From Thiohalocapsa sp. (GTDB taxonomy: Bacteria; Pseudomonadota; Gammaproteobacteria; Chromatiales; Chromatiaceae), in NCBI RefSeq assembly GCF_019695415.1, contig NZ_JAIFKJ010000082.1, forward strand, positions 1 to 32,937: 32,937 nt of DNA, read 5' to 3'. Positions 1-8,696 of this stretch are shown here, in pieces. Position 1 is the stretch's first letter, and every line of letters begins with the position of its first letter. The notes below the pieces were generated by a model that saw nothing but the letters and a program-made list of their open reading frames with translations, had not been told where the DNA came from and searched no databases. Made by a program: the position numbers and the translations under genes.

Positions 1-273
1 TCCGGTGCCGGGGGGCTGCCCGGGGCCGTGGGGGGGGGGCATGCACGGCTCGGGGGAAAGGGCATCGAGCACCTGGCGCACGCGGACGACGACCTGTGCG
101 AGGTCTGTCTGGCCGGCGCACCCCTGGGCGCCGCGCTCGCAGAGGCCCCGCCGGAGATGGCAGGCAGCGCCGTTGCGCCCCTGCACCGGGCGGACGCGCT
201 CACCCGCCCCGCACTCCCGGTCCCCTTCAATCCGCACCTCCCCCGGGCGCCGCCGGCCGCCGACGCGACCTGA
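1..273 (+). CDS. DUF2946/CruR-like leader (uORF) protein, 5'-truncated by the window edge
   Basis: Frame 1 is open from base 1 and reads ...IEHLAHADDDLCEVCLAGAPLG...PFNPHLPRAPPAADAT*. It has a His cluster, CxxC and a Pro-rich tail with RAPP (244-255), and lies directly upstream of a metal-uptake operon. The first ~60 nt are G-run rich and may be low quality. Confidence 0.75.
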   Translation, partial: SGAGGLPGAVGGGHARLGGKGIEHLAHADDDLCEVCLAGAPLGAALAEAPPEMAGSAVAPLHRADALTRPALPVPFNPHLPRAPPAADAT

Positions 274-401
274 GCCTGGCCAGCGGCGGCGCTGAGCCGC
301 CCGCAGAGCCCGCCCAGTCGAACGAGATCGTGCCGCGCTCACGGCGCCCGCAGGCGCCATGGCGGCGCGGTGGACGGCCCCTGTCCCATCGGAGTGCACA
401 C

Positions 402-2096
402 ATGAACCAGCCCCTCGTGCGGGGCGCCTTGCTCGGCGCCCTGCTCACACCCGCCGCCGCGGTGACCGCCGGCGATGCCGACATCGACGCACTGCGCGCA
501 GAGCTCGACGCCATGCGCAGCCAATACGAAGGCCGTATCCGGGCCTTGGAGTCCCGCCTGTCCGATGCCGAGCAGGCCGCCGAGGTGGCGCGCCAGGCGG
601 CCGGTGCCGATGCGTTGTCGCTGCCCATGACGGCGCCGCGCGTGCTGCGCAGCCAGGGCCAGGCAACCGGCCAGGTGCCCGCGGGCAGCCGCAGCGCCGG
701 GCTGTTCGACGCGGTGACCTCGGGCACCGCCTTCAACCCGCAGATTTCGGTGATCCTGGACGGCAACTACTACCAAGACGATACCGAGGACGGAAACGGC
801 GCCGCGCTGGTGGGCGAGGCCTTCCAGGCCGGCGGTGGCTATGGGCACGACCACGACCATGGCGCGGACGGCCATGCGCATGCCGACGGCGGCCATGCGC
901 ACGCGGTCGCGGAGCCCGGTTTCAACCTGCGCTCGGCAGAGCTCTATTTCAGCGCCACTGTTGACCCGTATTTCGATGCAGCGAGCTATATCACCGTCAG
1001 CGGCGACGGCGACGTCACCCTCGAAGAGGCCTATTTCCAGACCCGTTCCCTGCCCTACGGTCTGCGGGTCAAAGGCGGCAAGTTCCTGAGCGATTTCGGC
1101 TACATCAACAACCAGCACCCACACCAGTGGGACTTCGTCGACCAGAACCTGCCCTATCTGAACCTGCTGGGGTTCCACGGCATTCAGGACACCGGCGTGC
1201 AGCTCACCTGGCTGCCGGAGCTGCCCGTCTATACCCTGCTGGGCGCCGAGGCGCTGCAGGGCGACCAAGAGGTCTTCGGGGCCACGCTGGGCGAGACGGA
1301 GCAGACCGAGCTGAACCTGGGCGACACGGACTCGGGGCCCCGGCTTTTCACCGCCTTTGCGAAGGTGGCACCGGAGCTCGGCCGCAACCATGCGCTGCAG
1401 ATCGGCGTGTCCTATGCACACGCCACCCAGCACCAGGCCATGGAGACGCACACTCACATGGTGGAGACCCATGCGGATGAGCATGCGCACGAGGAGGATC
1501 ATGCCCACGAAGACGAGCATGCGCATGAGGAGGAGCACGCACATGAAGACGGGCACGCAGACGAGCACATGCACGTCCACACCGACGGCATCACCGAGGA
1601 GCTGCATGAGACGGGCCTCGCCGGCGACGCCGACCTCTGGGGCATCGATCTGGTGTACAAATACGACGCCCCCGGCGCCTACGGCCAGGGCGACTTCACC
1701 TTCCAGAGCGAGTACCTGCGCTCCAGCAAGGACCTGACCATCCGCTCCAGCGCCCATCCCGAGCGCATCGGCAGCAACCGCACCTACACCACCGACGGTC
1801 TCTATGCCCAAGCCACCTACGGCTTCCTGCCGAAGTGGAAGGCCGGCCTGCGCTACGACATCCTCGGGCTCACCAACAAGGTCAGCGGCGGACGCAGCGA
1901 GAGCTTCGGCAGCTCAGACCGCTGGACGGCCAATGTCACCTGGAACCTTTCGGAGTTTTCACAGCTGCGGGCGCAGTACGCCTACAACGACATCCTCGTG
2001 GGGGAAGACGAGCATGGGGAGGAGCGGGAGCAGTTCAGCGCCTTCTACCTGCAATTCCTGATGAGCCTAGGGAGTCATGGGGCGCATGAATTCTAG
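402..2096 (+). CDS. His-rich outer-membrane beta-barrel (putative divalent-metal porin/receptor)
   Basis: GGAG at 391-394 precedes ATG 402. The protein has a signal peptide, a coiled coil (IDALRAELDAMRSQYEGRIRALESRL), FNPQISVILDG, amphipathic strands, two His-rich insertions and the C-terminus FYLQFLMSLGSHGAHEF with terminal Phe. The ORF-track start at 96 is an over-extension. Confidence 0.8.
   Translation: MNQPLVRGALLGALLTPAAAVTAGDADIDALRAELDAMRSQYEGRIRALESRLSDAEQAAEVARQAAGADALSLPMTAPRVLRSQGQATGQVPAGSRSAGLFDAVTSGTAFNPQISVILDGNYYQDDTEDGNGAALVGEAFQAGGGYGHDHDHGADGHAHADGGHAHAVAEPGFNLRSAELYFSATVDPYFDAASYITVSGDGDVTLEEAYFQTRSLPYGLRVKGGKFLSDFGYINNQHPHQWDFVDQNLPYLNLLGFHGIQDTGVQLTWLPELPVYTLLGAEALQGDQEVFGATLGETEQTELNLGDTDSGPRLFTAFAKVAPELGRNHALQIGVSYAHATQHQAMETHTHMVETHADEHAHEEDHAHEDEHAHEEEHAHEDGHADEHMHVHTDGITEELHETGLAGDADLWGIDLVYKYDAPGAYGQGDFTFQSEYLRSSKDLTIRSSAHPERIGSNRTYTTDGLYAQATYGFLPKWKAGLRYDILGLTNKVSGGRSESFGSSDRWTANVTWNLSEFSQLRAQYAYNDILVGEDEHGEEREQFSAFYLQFLMSLGSHGAHEF
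1479..1568 (+). repeat. Coding tandem repeat, five 18-nt units (E/D/G-H-A-H/D-E-E/D/H)
   Basis: Units are gagcatgcgcacgaggag / gatcatgcccacgaagac / gagcatgcgcatgaggag / gagcacgcacatgaagac / gggcacgcagacgagcac. Units 1 and 3 resemble each other, as do 2 and 4, giving a 36-nt super-period. Confidence 0.9.
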
Positions 2097-2130
2097 GGCT
2101 GAGGGCTGAGGGGCGAGGAAGTGCTCGCCC
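2094..2130 (+). repeat. Heptamer tandem array with a small hairpin
   Basis: tagggct-gagggct-gaggggc-gaggaag starts at the stop codon. gggcgag (2111-2117) pairs with ctcgccc (2124-2130). Confidence 0.7.
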
Positions 2131-2158
2131 AATGTGAACCTGGAACCGAGGTGATGTC

Positions 2159-3037
2159 ATGAAGAGATGGATGATGGGTGTAGCGGCTTGGCTGCTGCTG
2201 GCGACGCCGGTGCTGGCCTTGGATGTGGTGGCCACGAGTCCGAGCATGGGCGCGCTGGTGCGGGCGGTGGCACCGTCGGCGCAGCTGACGGTGCTGGCGG
2301 GGCCGGATCGGGACCTGCACGCGCTGCAGGCCAAGCCGAGCATGATCCGGGCGCTGCGCGGCGCGGACCTGCTGGTGGCCGTGGGCGCCGAGCTGGAAAT
2401 GGGCTGGCTGCCGGCGGCGTCGGCGAGCGCCGCCAACCCGGACATCCTGCCGGGGCGCGAGGGCTACTTCGAGGCCGCGGCCCAGGTGCCGCTGCTGGAC
2501 GTCGGCGGCCCGGCGGACCGGGCCATGGGCGACGTGCACCCGGCGGGTAACCCGCACGTGGACCTAGACCCGGTGCGCATGGCGCAGGTAGCCGAGGCGC
2601 TGGGGGCGCGCATGGCCCGGCTGGATCCCGGCAATGCCGCGAGCTATCGCGCGAATGCCCGGCGCTTCGCGGAGACGGTCGAGCAGCGGCTGCCGCAGTG
2701 GCAGGCCGAGCTCGCGGGCGCGCCCGGCGCCGTGCTCTATCACCGCGATGCCGTCTACCTGCTGGAGCGCTTCGACGTGCCCCTGCTCGGCACCATCGAG
2801 CCGGTGCCGGGCGTGCCGCCGAGCGGGCGGGACCTGCGGGCGCTGGCCGGCAAGCTCAGCGGGCGTGACGGCGTGATCATCCATGCGCCACACCACTCGC
2901 CGAAGGGCCCGCGCAAGCTGGGCCGTGAGCTGGGCTGGCCGGTGGAGCCCCTGCCGCTGTCGCCGCCGGTGAACGCCGACGGCGACGGCTACCTACAGCA
3001 CATCGACCGTTGGGTGAGCGCCATTGCCGGCGCCTGA
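2159..3037 (+). CDS. Metal ABC transporter substrate-binding protein (ZnuA/TroA-like, cluster A-I)
   Basis: Signal peptide followed by LDVVATSP, DLHALQAKPS, ADLLVAVGAELE, GDVHPAGNPHVDLDP, YH and IEPVPGVPPS. RBS GAGGTG lies upstream. Confidence 0.9.
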   Translation: MKRWMMGVAAWLLLATPVLALDVVATSPSMGALVRAVAPSAQLTVLAGPDRDLHALQAKPSMIRALRGADLLVAVGAELEMGWLPAASASAANPDILPGREGYFEAAAQVPLLDVGGPADRAMGDVHPAGNPHVDLDPVRMAQVAEALGARMARLDPGNAASYRANARRFAETVEQRLPQWQAELAGAPGAVLYHRDAVYLLERFDVPLLGTIEPVPGVPPSGRDLRALAGKLSGRDGVIIHAPHHSPKGPRKLGRELGWPVEPLPLSPPVNADGDGYLQHIDRWVSAIAGA

Positions 3038-3713
3038 CCGGCTGTTCCGGGAGCCGTCGCCCGCCGACGGCCAGCCGCCGGGTGCCGTGCTGGAGCTTGA
3101 GGGCCTGGTCGCCGGCTGGCGGCGGCCGGTGGTGGGTCCGGTGTCGCTCGCCCTCGCCCGCGGAGAGGTGGTAGGCATCTGGGGTGCCAACGGCAGCGGC
3201 AAGTCCACGCTGCTCGCCGCCATCGCCGGGCAGGCGCACCGCTTCGGCGGGCGCCTGCGGCTGACGCCCGGCGTGGGCATCGCGGTGCAGCCGCAGGCAC
3301 CGGTGCGGCTCGACCCGCTGCCGGTAACGGGCCGCGAGCTCCTCGCTGTCGCCGGCGCAGACCCGCAAGCGGCCGGCCTGCCGCCGACCTTGGCGGCGCT
3401 GCTGCCGCAACGCCTCGACCGCATCAGCGGCGGCCAGCACCAGCTGCTCTGTGTCTGGGCGGCGCTCGCCGGCCCCGCGGGCCTGGTGCTGCTCGACGAG
3501 CCCACCAACAATCTGGACCCGGTCCACACCGCAGTGCTGGCCGAGATGCTCGCCGCGCGGCGTGCGGACCGCGCGGTGCTGCTGGTGAGCCACGAGCGCG
3601 CCTTCCTGGAGGCCCATTGCAGCCGCATCCTGGCACTGGACGCAGGCGGCGCGCTGGCCGCAGAGCGCGGGCACGCGGCGGCGCGGACAGCAGGCGATGT
3701 CGAATGGACCTGA
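3024..3713 (+). CDS. Metal ABC transporter ATP-binding protein (start uncertain)
   Basis: Walker A GANGSGKS, signature ISGGQ, Walker B LVLLDEP and H-loop VSH. It overlaps both neighbouring genes. Confidence 0.88.
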   Translation: MPAPDRLFREPSPADGQPPGAVLELEGLVAGWRRPVVGPVSLALARGEVVGIWGANGSGKSTLLAAIAGQAHRFGGRLRLTPGVGIAVQPQAPVRLDPLPVTGRELLAVAGADPQAAGLPPTLAALLPQRLDRISGGQHQLLCVWAALAGPAGLVLLDEPTNNLDPVHTAVLAEMLAARRADRAVLLVSHERAFLEAHCSRILALDAGGALAAERGHAAARTAGDVEWT

Positions 3714-4531
3714 GCGCGCTCGCCGACCCGATCTTCCGCCTGCCCTTCGTCGTCGGCCTGCTGCTCGCCGGCGTGCTGCCGCTGCTGGGGGCACTGCTGA
3801 TGCTGCGGGAAGAATGGCTCGCGGCGCTCGGCTATGCCCACCTGGCCGCCGCCGGCGCCCTACTCGGGCTCGCCGCGGGCCTGCCCGCCGTGGTGGGCGG
3901 CCTCACCGCCGCTGCGGGTGGCGCCGTCGCCAAAGGGGCCGGCGGTGCCCGCGGTAATGCCGTCTACGGCTTCATGATCCTCGGCGGCTGGGCCGCGCTG
4001 CTGCTCGTCGGCGCCAACACGGCCCTGGGCGAGCAGCTGGGCCACGCGCTGATCGAGGGTCAGCTCTACTTCGCCGGGCCCGCCGATCTGACGGCAGCCG
4101 TCGCGCTGGGGTTGGCGGCGGCCATCACCCTGCCCTGGCTGATCCCGCGCCTGCTGCGCGCCCGCCTGCTGCCGCAGCACGATGCGGCCAATCGCTTGCC
4201 CGCGCGGCGCTGGCACCTGGGCTTCGACCTGCTGGCGGCGGCCGGCATGGCGGCGGGCACCGCGAGCATGGGGCTCATGGCCGCCTTCGCGCTGGTGCTG
4301 GTGCCCGCCTGGATCGGTTTTCGTGTCGCGGCAAGCTGGCGCTCGAGTCTGGTGTGGTGCACGATGCTCGGCTGCGTCTGCTACGTCGTCGCTTTCGCGG
4401 GAGCGCTGGTGTTGGATCAGCCCTTCTCGCCGGTGCTCGTGGCGGTATTGTTGGCCGCCGCCACGGGCACCTCCGCCCGGCGCTGCGCACGATCTCTGCG
4501 GCACGGCCAGCGCCCGCAGCGGCGTGCCTGA
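3704..4531 (+). CDS. Metal ABC transporter permease (ZnuB/ABC-3-like)
   Basis: ATG 3704 overlaps the ATPase end. The protein has many hydrophobic helices and the motifs ALGYAHLAAAG and ALVLVPA, and sits in the transporter operon. Confidence 0.8.
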   Translation: MDLSALADPIFRLPFVVGLLLAGVLPLLGALLMLREEWLAALGYAHLAAAGALLGLAAGLPAVVGGLTAAAGGAVAKGAGGARGNAVYGFMILGGWAALLLVGANTALGEQLGHALIEGQLYFAGPADLTAAVALGLAAAITLPWLIPRLLRARLLPQHDAANRLPARRWHLGFDLLAAAGMAAGTASMGLMAAFALVLVPAWIGFRVAASWRSSLVWCTMLGCVCYVVAFAGALVLDQPFSPVLVAVLLAAATGTSARRCARSLRHGQRPQRRA

Positions 4532-4568
4532 CCCATGAGCCAACCCTGACAATGGAGATTTCGAAGCC

Positions 4569-5009
4569 ATGACCTCAGCCCCCTTGCGCTTTCACGGCCT
4601 GCTGCTCCTGGTGGTAGCCTTGATCCTAGCCTCCGCAACCGTCACCGCTGCCGACGAGACAGCCGACGGTGCGCCGCTGTTTATCAATCTGGTCACCGAT
4701 GATCCACACCGCGCACACATGGCGCTGCATTTCGGCCAAAAGCAGCTTGAGCTCGGACATCCGCTGACGGTCTTCCTGAATGACCGGGGCGTGTTTATCG
4801 CCGCCAAGCAGGGTGGCGAGCGCTTCGGTCTGCATCAGGAGATCATCGGCGAGTTGGTCACTGCAGGCGCTAAGGTCATCGTCTGCCCCATGTGCATGCA
4901 GCACTACGGCGTCACCGAGGCGGATCTGCTGGAGGGCCTGAACGTGGGCAATCCGACGCTCACCGGCGGCGCACTCTTCGCACCCGATACCCGTACGCTC
5001 ACTTGGTGA
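4569..5009 (+). CDS. Exported DsrE/DsrF/YchN-like protein with CxxC
   Basis: GGAG RBS, a hydrophobic signal peptide ending VTA-AD, then LFINL, LTVFLNDRGV and GAKVIVCPMCM, matching the DsrE-fold pattern. Confidence 0.75.
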   Translation: MTSAPLRFHGLLLLVVALILASATVTAADETADGAPLFINLVTDDPHRAHMALHFGQKQLELGHPLTVFLNDRGVFIAAKQGGERFGLHQEIIGELVTAGAKVIVCPMCMQHYGVTEADLLEGLNVGNPTLTGGALFAPDTRTLTW

Positions 5010-5141
5010 GCACGGGCTGAGCGCACAGTCGGCCAGCGCCGCTGCGGGGGCCAAAGCCTGCAGCCGTGTTGCCGGCCCCCCTTGCAGCACCAGGGCGGCG
5101 TCCCTAGCATCATCCGCTGACCTGCCACCCGAGGTGTTTCC

Positions 5142-6035
5142 ATGCCCTTCGACCCGACCCGGGCGCCCGTCGTCTTCGGCGAGGCGCTGTTCGACTGCTT
5201 CCCCGACGGCGCCGAGGTGCTGGGCGGCGCGCCCTTCAACGTCGCCTGGCACCTGGCGGCATTCGGCGCCGGCCCAGTGTTCGTGAGCCGCGTTGGCGAG
5301 GACGCCCTGGGGGCGCGCATCGAAGCGGCCATGCAGCAGCAGGGCATGACCACCCTGGGCCTGCAGCACGACCCACAGCACCCCACCGGCCGGGTGAAGG
5401 TGACGCTTGCGGGCGGCGAGCCGAGCTATGACATCGTCGCCGGCAGCGCCTACGATTTCATTGACGCTGCGGCGCTGCCGACGCGCCCGGGCGGCGAGCT
5501 GCTGTACCACGGGACGCTCGCGCTGCGGAAGGCGGGCTCCGCGGCGGCGCTCAAGCGCCTGCGTGAGGACACCGACGCTGTATTCCTGGACGTGAACCTG
5601 CGCCCGCCGTGGTGGTCCGAGGCGCAGGTGCAGGCCCTGCTCGACGCCGCCCGGTGGGTGAAGCTGAACGAGGACGAGCTGGCCCGGCTCGCCCCAGCCG
5701 GCGACAGCCCGGAATCCCATGCCGCCGCGCTCATGGAGCGTCATGGGTTGGAGCGCGTCTATGGCACCCTCGGCGCCGCCGGCGCCTTCGCCCTCGACAC
5801 CGACGGCACGCTGGACCGGGTGAGTCCCGGTGCCGGTGTCCAGGTCGTGGACGCCGTCGGCGCAGGCGACGGATTTGCCGCTGTGCTCATCCTGGGGCTG
5901 CTGCGGGGGTGGTCCGTGGGCGACACGCTAGAGCGCGCTCAAGGCTTCGCATCGGCCATCGTCGGGCGGCGCGGCGCCACCATCGACGATCCTGCCTTCT
6001 ACGCCAACTTCAGCGAGCTTTGGGGGAGCGTCTAG
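5142..6035 (+). CDS. PfkB-family carbohydrate kinase (probable fructokinase)
   Basis: FGEALFD, GGAPFNVA, DVNLR, KLNEDE and the C-terminal signature DAVGAGDGF. It is adjacent to sucrose synthase. Confidence 0.9.
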   Translation: MPFDPTRAPVVFGEALFDCFPDGAEVLGGAPFNVAWHLAAFGAGPVFVSRVGEDALGARIEAAMQQQGMTTLGLQHDPQHPTGRVKVTLAGGEPSYDIVAGSAYDFIDAAALPTRPGGELLYHGTLALRKAGSAAALKRLREDTDAVFLDVNLRPPWWSEAQVQALLDAARWVKLNEDELARLAPAGDSPESHAAALMERHGLERVYGTLGAAGAFALDTDGTLDRVSPGAGVQVVDAVGAGDGFAAVLILGLLRGWSVGDTLERAQGFASAIVGRRGATIDDPAFYANFSELWGSV

Positions 6036-6135
6036 CGAGAGTGGCCGCCGCCGGTGGCCCGTGCCGGTGCTGTTCCGGGGCCGGTTGAAGTCTCTGTGGT
6101 GGGCTCAGTGCGGGTCTCGTCGTCCATAGATGCGT

Positions 6136-6230
6136 CGATGCCGAGCCCGGTCCCGACATCGCTCGCGTTACCGATACCGCTTTAGATCCCGATGGCCCGC
6201 CTGAGCTTGGCTCGACCGGGCTCGGGATCG
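6136..6230. repeat. Inverted repeat (16 of 17 bp) with a 61-nt spacer
   Basis: ccgagcccggtc (6141-6152) pairs with gaccgggctcgg (6214-6225). After one mismatch it is extended by cgat/atcg. Confidence 0.7.
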
Positions 6231-6277
6231 CGCGGCCGGGCATGTGCCCGGCTGCAATATCCACCGGAGTCATGCCG

Positions 6278-8683
6278 ATGGAGACTGAAATTCCGAATGC
6301 CCGTATTCCGGCACTGGCAGCGTTTCTTCAGGAGCACCGCAGCCAGGCGCACCGGGTGCTGCACCACATCATCGGCCTCAACCGGCCGTTTCTGCTGCGC
6401 AGCGACCTGACCGATGCTGTCGACTATCTGTGTGCCGATGAGCCGGCGCTCGCTGACACCGCGCTCGCGCGTGCGCTGCACCAATGCGAGGAGGCGGCCA
6501 TCGATGCCTCCTGGATCTATCTGGCGCTGCGCCGGCGGGTAGCGCGCTGGGATTATCTTCGCATCCACCTGGAGGCCATGGATCTCCAGCAGGTGAGCGT
6601 CGGGGAGTACTTGTCTTTCAAGGAGCATTTGGCCACCGGCGGACACGAGGATCCCTTCGGCCTGGAGATCGATCTGGCGCCCTTCTATCGGGATCAGTAC
6701 AAGCTCAAGGAGTCGAGCTCCATCGGCCGCGGGGTCGAGTTCCTGAACCGCCGACTGTCCAGCCGCCTGTTCGAGGAGATAGGCAAGGGCGACCAGCGCC
6801 TGCTGAATTTCCTTCGCATGCACAGCTACCGCGGCCAGCAGTTGATGCTGAACGACAGCATCACGAGCGTCGCGGAGCTGCGCAACGCGCTCCGCCAGAT
6901 GCTGATCCCGCTGCGCCGCCGGCCCACGCACACGCCCTATGAAGACGTCGCCGCAGAACTCCGCAGCCACGGCTTCGAGGCCGGCTGGGGGGCGGACGTA
7001 GAGCGCATCCGCGACACCATGGGACTCCTGCTGGACATCCTAGAGGCGCCCTCACCCCGGGCGCTGGAGGAGTTCCTGGGGCGGGTCCCCATGATCTTCT
7101 CAATCGCCATCCTGTCGCCCCACGGTTGGTTCGGCCAGTCCAATGTGCTGGGGCGCCCGGACACCGGCGGGCAAGTGGTCTATATCCTGGACCAGGTGCG
7201 GGCACTGGAGCGCGAGATGCACCGGCGTCTGGCGGAGCAGGGTATCGACATCGAGCCACGGGTGATGGTGCTGACGCGCCTGATCCCAGAGGCCGAGGGG
7301 ACGCTCTGCAACCAGCGCCTGGAGCCCATCGCAGGCACCCGCAACGCGGCCATCTTGCGGGTGCCGTTTCGCAATGCCGCCGGCGAGGAGATGCCTCACT
7401 GGATCTCTCGCTTCCACATCTGGCCCTATCTGGAGCGCTATGCGTTAGATGCGGAGCGTGAGCTGCTGGCGGAGCTGGGCGGCCGCCCGGACCTGATCAT
7501 CGGCAACTATTCAGACGGCAATCTTGTGGCATCACTCATGTCGCAGCGGCTCAACGTGAGCCAATGCAATATTGCCCATGCGCTGGAGAAGACCAAGTAT
7601 CTGTTCTCGGACCTCTATTGGCGGGACAACGAGGACCGCTATCACTTCTCCGCCCAGTTCACCGCGGACCTGATCGCGATGAACACGGCGGACTTCATCA
7701 TCACCAGCACCTACCAGGAGATCGCCGGCACCGACGACAGCGTCGGCCAATACGAGAGTTACGCCCGCTTCACCATGCCCGGGCTGTTCCGGGTGGTCGC
7801 CGGCGTGGATGTCTATGACCCCAAGTTCAACATCGTCTCGCCGGGGGCCAACGAGGACATCTATTTCCCGTATACCGATGAGGAGCGGCGCCTCACCCAC
7901 CTGCATCCCGAGATCGAGGACCTGATCTACGGCGGCGAGCGCCCCGGCGAGACCCGCGGCGTGCTGGCGGCACGGAACAAGCCGCTGCTGTTCACCATGG
8001 CGCGTCTGGACCGCATCAAGAATATCACCGGGCTGGTGGACTGGTACGGGCGCTCACCTGCGCTCAGGGAGCTTGTGGACCTGGTGGTGGTCGGCGGCCA
8101 TGTGGATGCCGGGTGCTCGGGTGACGACGAGGAGCGCGAGCAGATCGGGATCATGCATCATCTGATGGGCGAGCACGGACTCGACGGGCAGGTTCGTTGG
8201 CTCGGCATCCATCTGGAAAAGCAGCTGGCGGGAGAGCTGTATCGTTACATTGCCGACCGCCGCGGTGCCTTCGTGCAGCCGGCGCTGTTCGAGGCCTTCG
8301 GACTCACGGTCATCGAGGCGATGAGCTGCGGTGTGCCCACCTTCGCCACCTGCTTCGGCGGGCCGCTGGAGATCATCGAGGACGGGGTCTCGGGCTTCCA
8401 CATCGACCCGAATCACGGCGACGCCTCCGCCGAGACCATCGCCGACTTCTTCCGCCGATGCGGCGAGAACCCGAGCCACTGGCAGGCGCTGTCCGACGCT
8501 GCACTCGCCCGCGTCGAAGCGCATTACACCTGGCGGCGCTATGCAGAACGCATGATGACCCTGGCCCGCGTCTACGGCTTCTGGAAATATGTCACAGACC
8601 TGGAGCGCGCCGAGACCCGGCGATATTTGGAGATGCTCTACGGGCTCCAGTATCGGCCGCTGGCGGCGGCGATGGAGAGCTGA
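6278..8683 (+). CDS. Sucrose synthase (GT4)
   Basis: About 800 aa with [77 protein letters not shown] and [16 protein letters not shown] at 6266-6269 favours ATG 6278. Confidence 0.96.
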   Translation: METEIPNARIPALAAFLQEHRSQAHRVLHHIIGLNRPFLLRSDLTDAVDYLCADEPALADTALARALHQCEEAAIDASWIYLALRRRVARWDYLRIHLEAMDLQQVSVGEYLSFKEHLATGGHEDPFGLEIDLAPFYRDQYKLKESSSIGRGVEFLNRRLSSRLFEEIGKGDQRLLNFLRMHSYRGQQLMLNDSITSVAELRNALRQMLIPLRRRPTHTPYEDVAAELRSHGFEAGWGADVERIRDTMGLLLDILEAPSPRALEEFLGRVPMIFSIAILSPHGWFGQSNVLGRPDTGGQVVYILDQVRALEREMHRRLAEQGIDIEPRVMVLTRLIPEAEGTLCNQRLEPIAGTRNAAILRVPFRNAAGEEMPHWISRFHIWPYLERYALDAERELLAELGGRPDLIIGNYSDGNLVASLMSQRLNVSQCNIAHALEKTKYLFSDLYWRDNEDRYHFSAQFTADLIAMNTADFIITSTYQEIAGTDDSVGQYESYARFTMPGLFRVVAGVDVYDPKFNIVSPGANEDIYFPYTDEERRLTHLHPEIEDLIYGGERPGETRGVLAARNKPLLFTMARLDRIKNITGLVDWYGRSPALRELVDLVVVGGHVDAGCSGDDEEREQIGIMHHLMGEHGLDGQVRWLGIHLEKQLAGELYRYIADRRGAFVQPALFEAFGLTVIEAMSCGVPTFATCFGGPLEIIEDGVSGFHIDPNHGDASAETIADFFRRCGENPSHWQALSDAALARVEAHYTWRRYAERMMTLARVYGFWKYVTDLERAETRRYLEMLYGLQYRPLAAAMES

Positions 8684-8696
8684 GACCGGGGCAGTG

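Noticed and set aside
1-60. G-runs (including 30-39) suggesting a G-quadruplex or phase-variable tract
   Set aside because: They lie at the window edge where a hydrophobic helix would be expected in the leader ORF. Low-quality poly-G sequence is an equally good explanation and cannot be excluded without reads.
96-401. 102-aa N-terminal extension of the barrel ORF in the ORF track
   Set aside because: The translation is Arg/Pro/Gly-rich and overlaps the RAPP leader. A good RBS and signal peptide start at 402.
1479-1568. Periodic repeats as a possible CRISPR array
   Set aside because: They are in-frame 18-nt coding units with no unique spacers, and there are no cas genes.
339-1811. Long antisense ORFs (also 25953-27176, 29724-30809, 31567-32715 and others)
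   Set aside because: They are shadows of high-GC codon usage opposite well-supported genes and contain no recognisable motifs.
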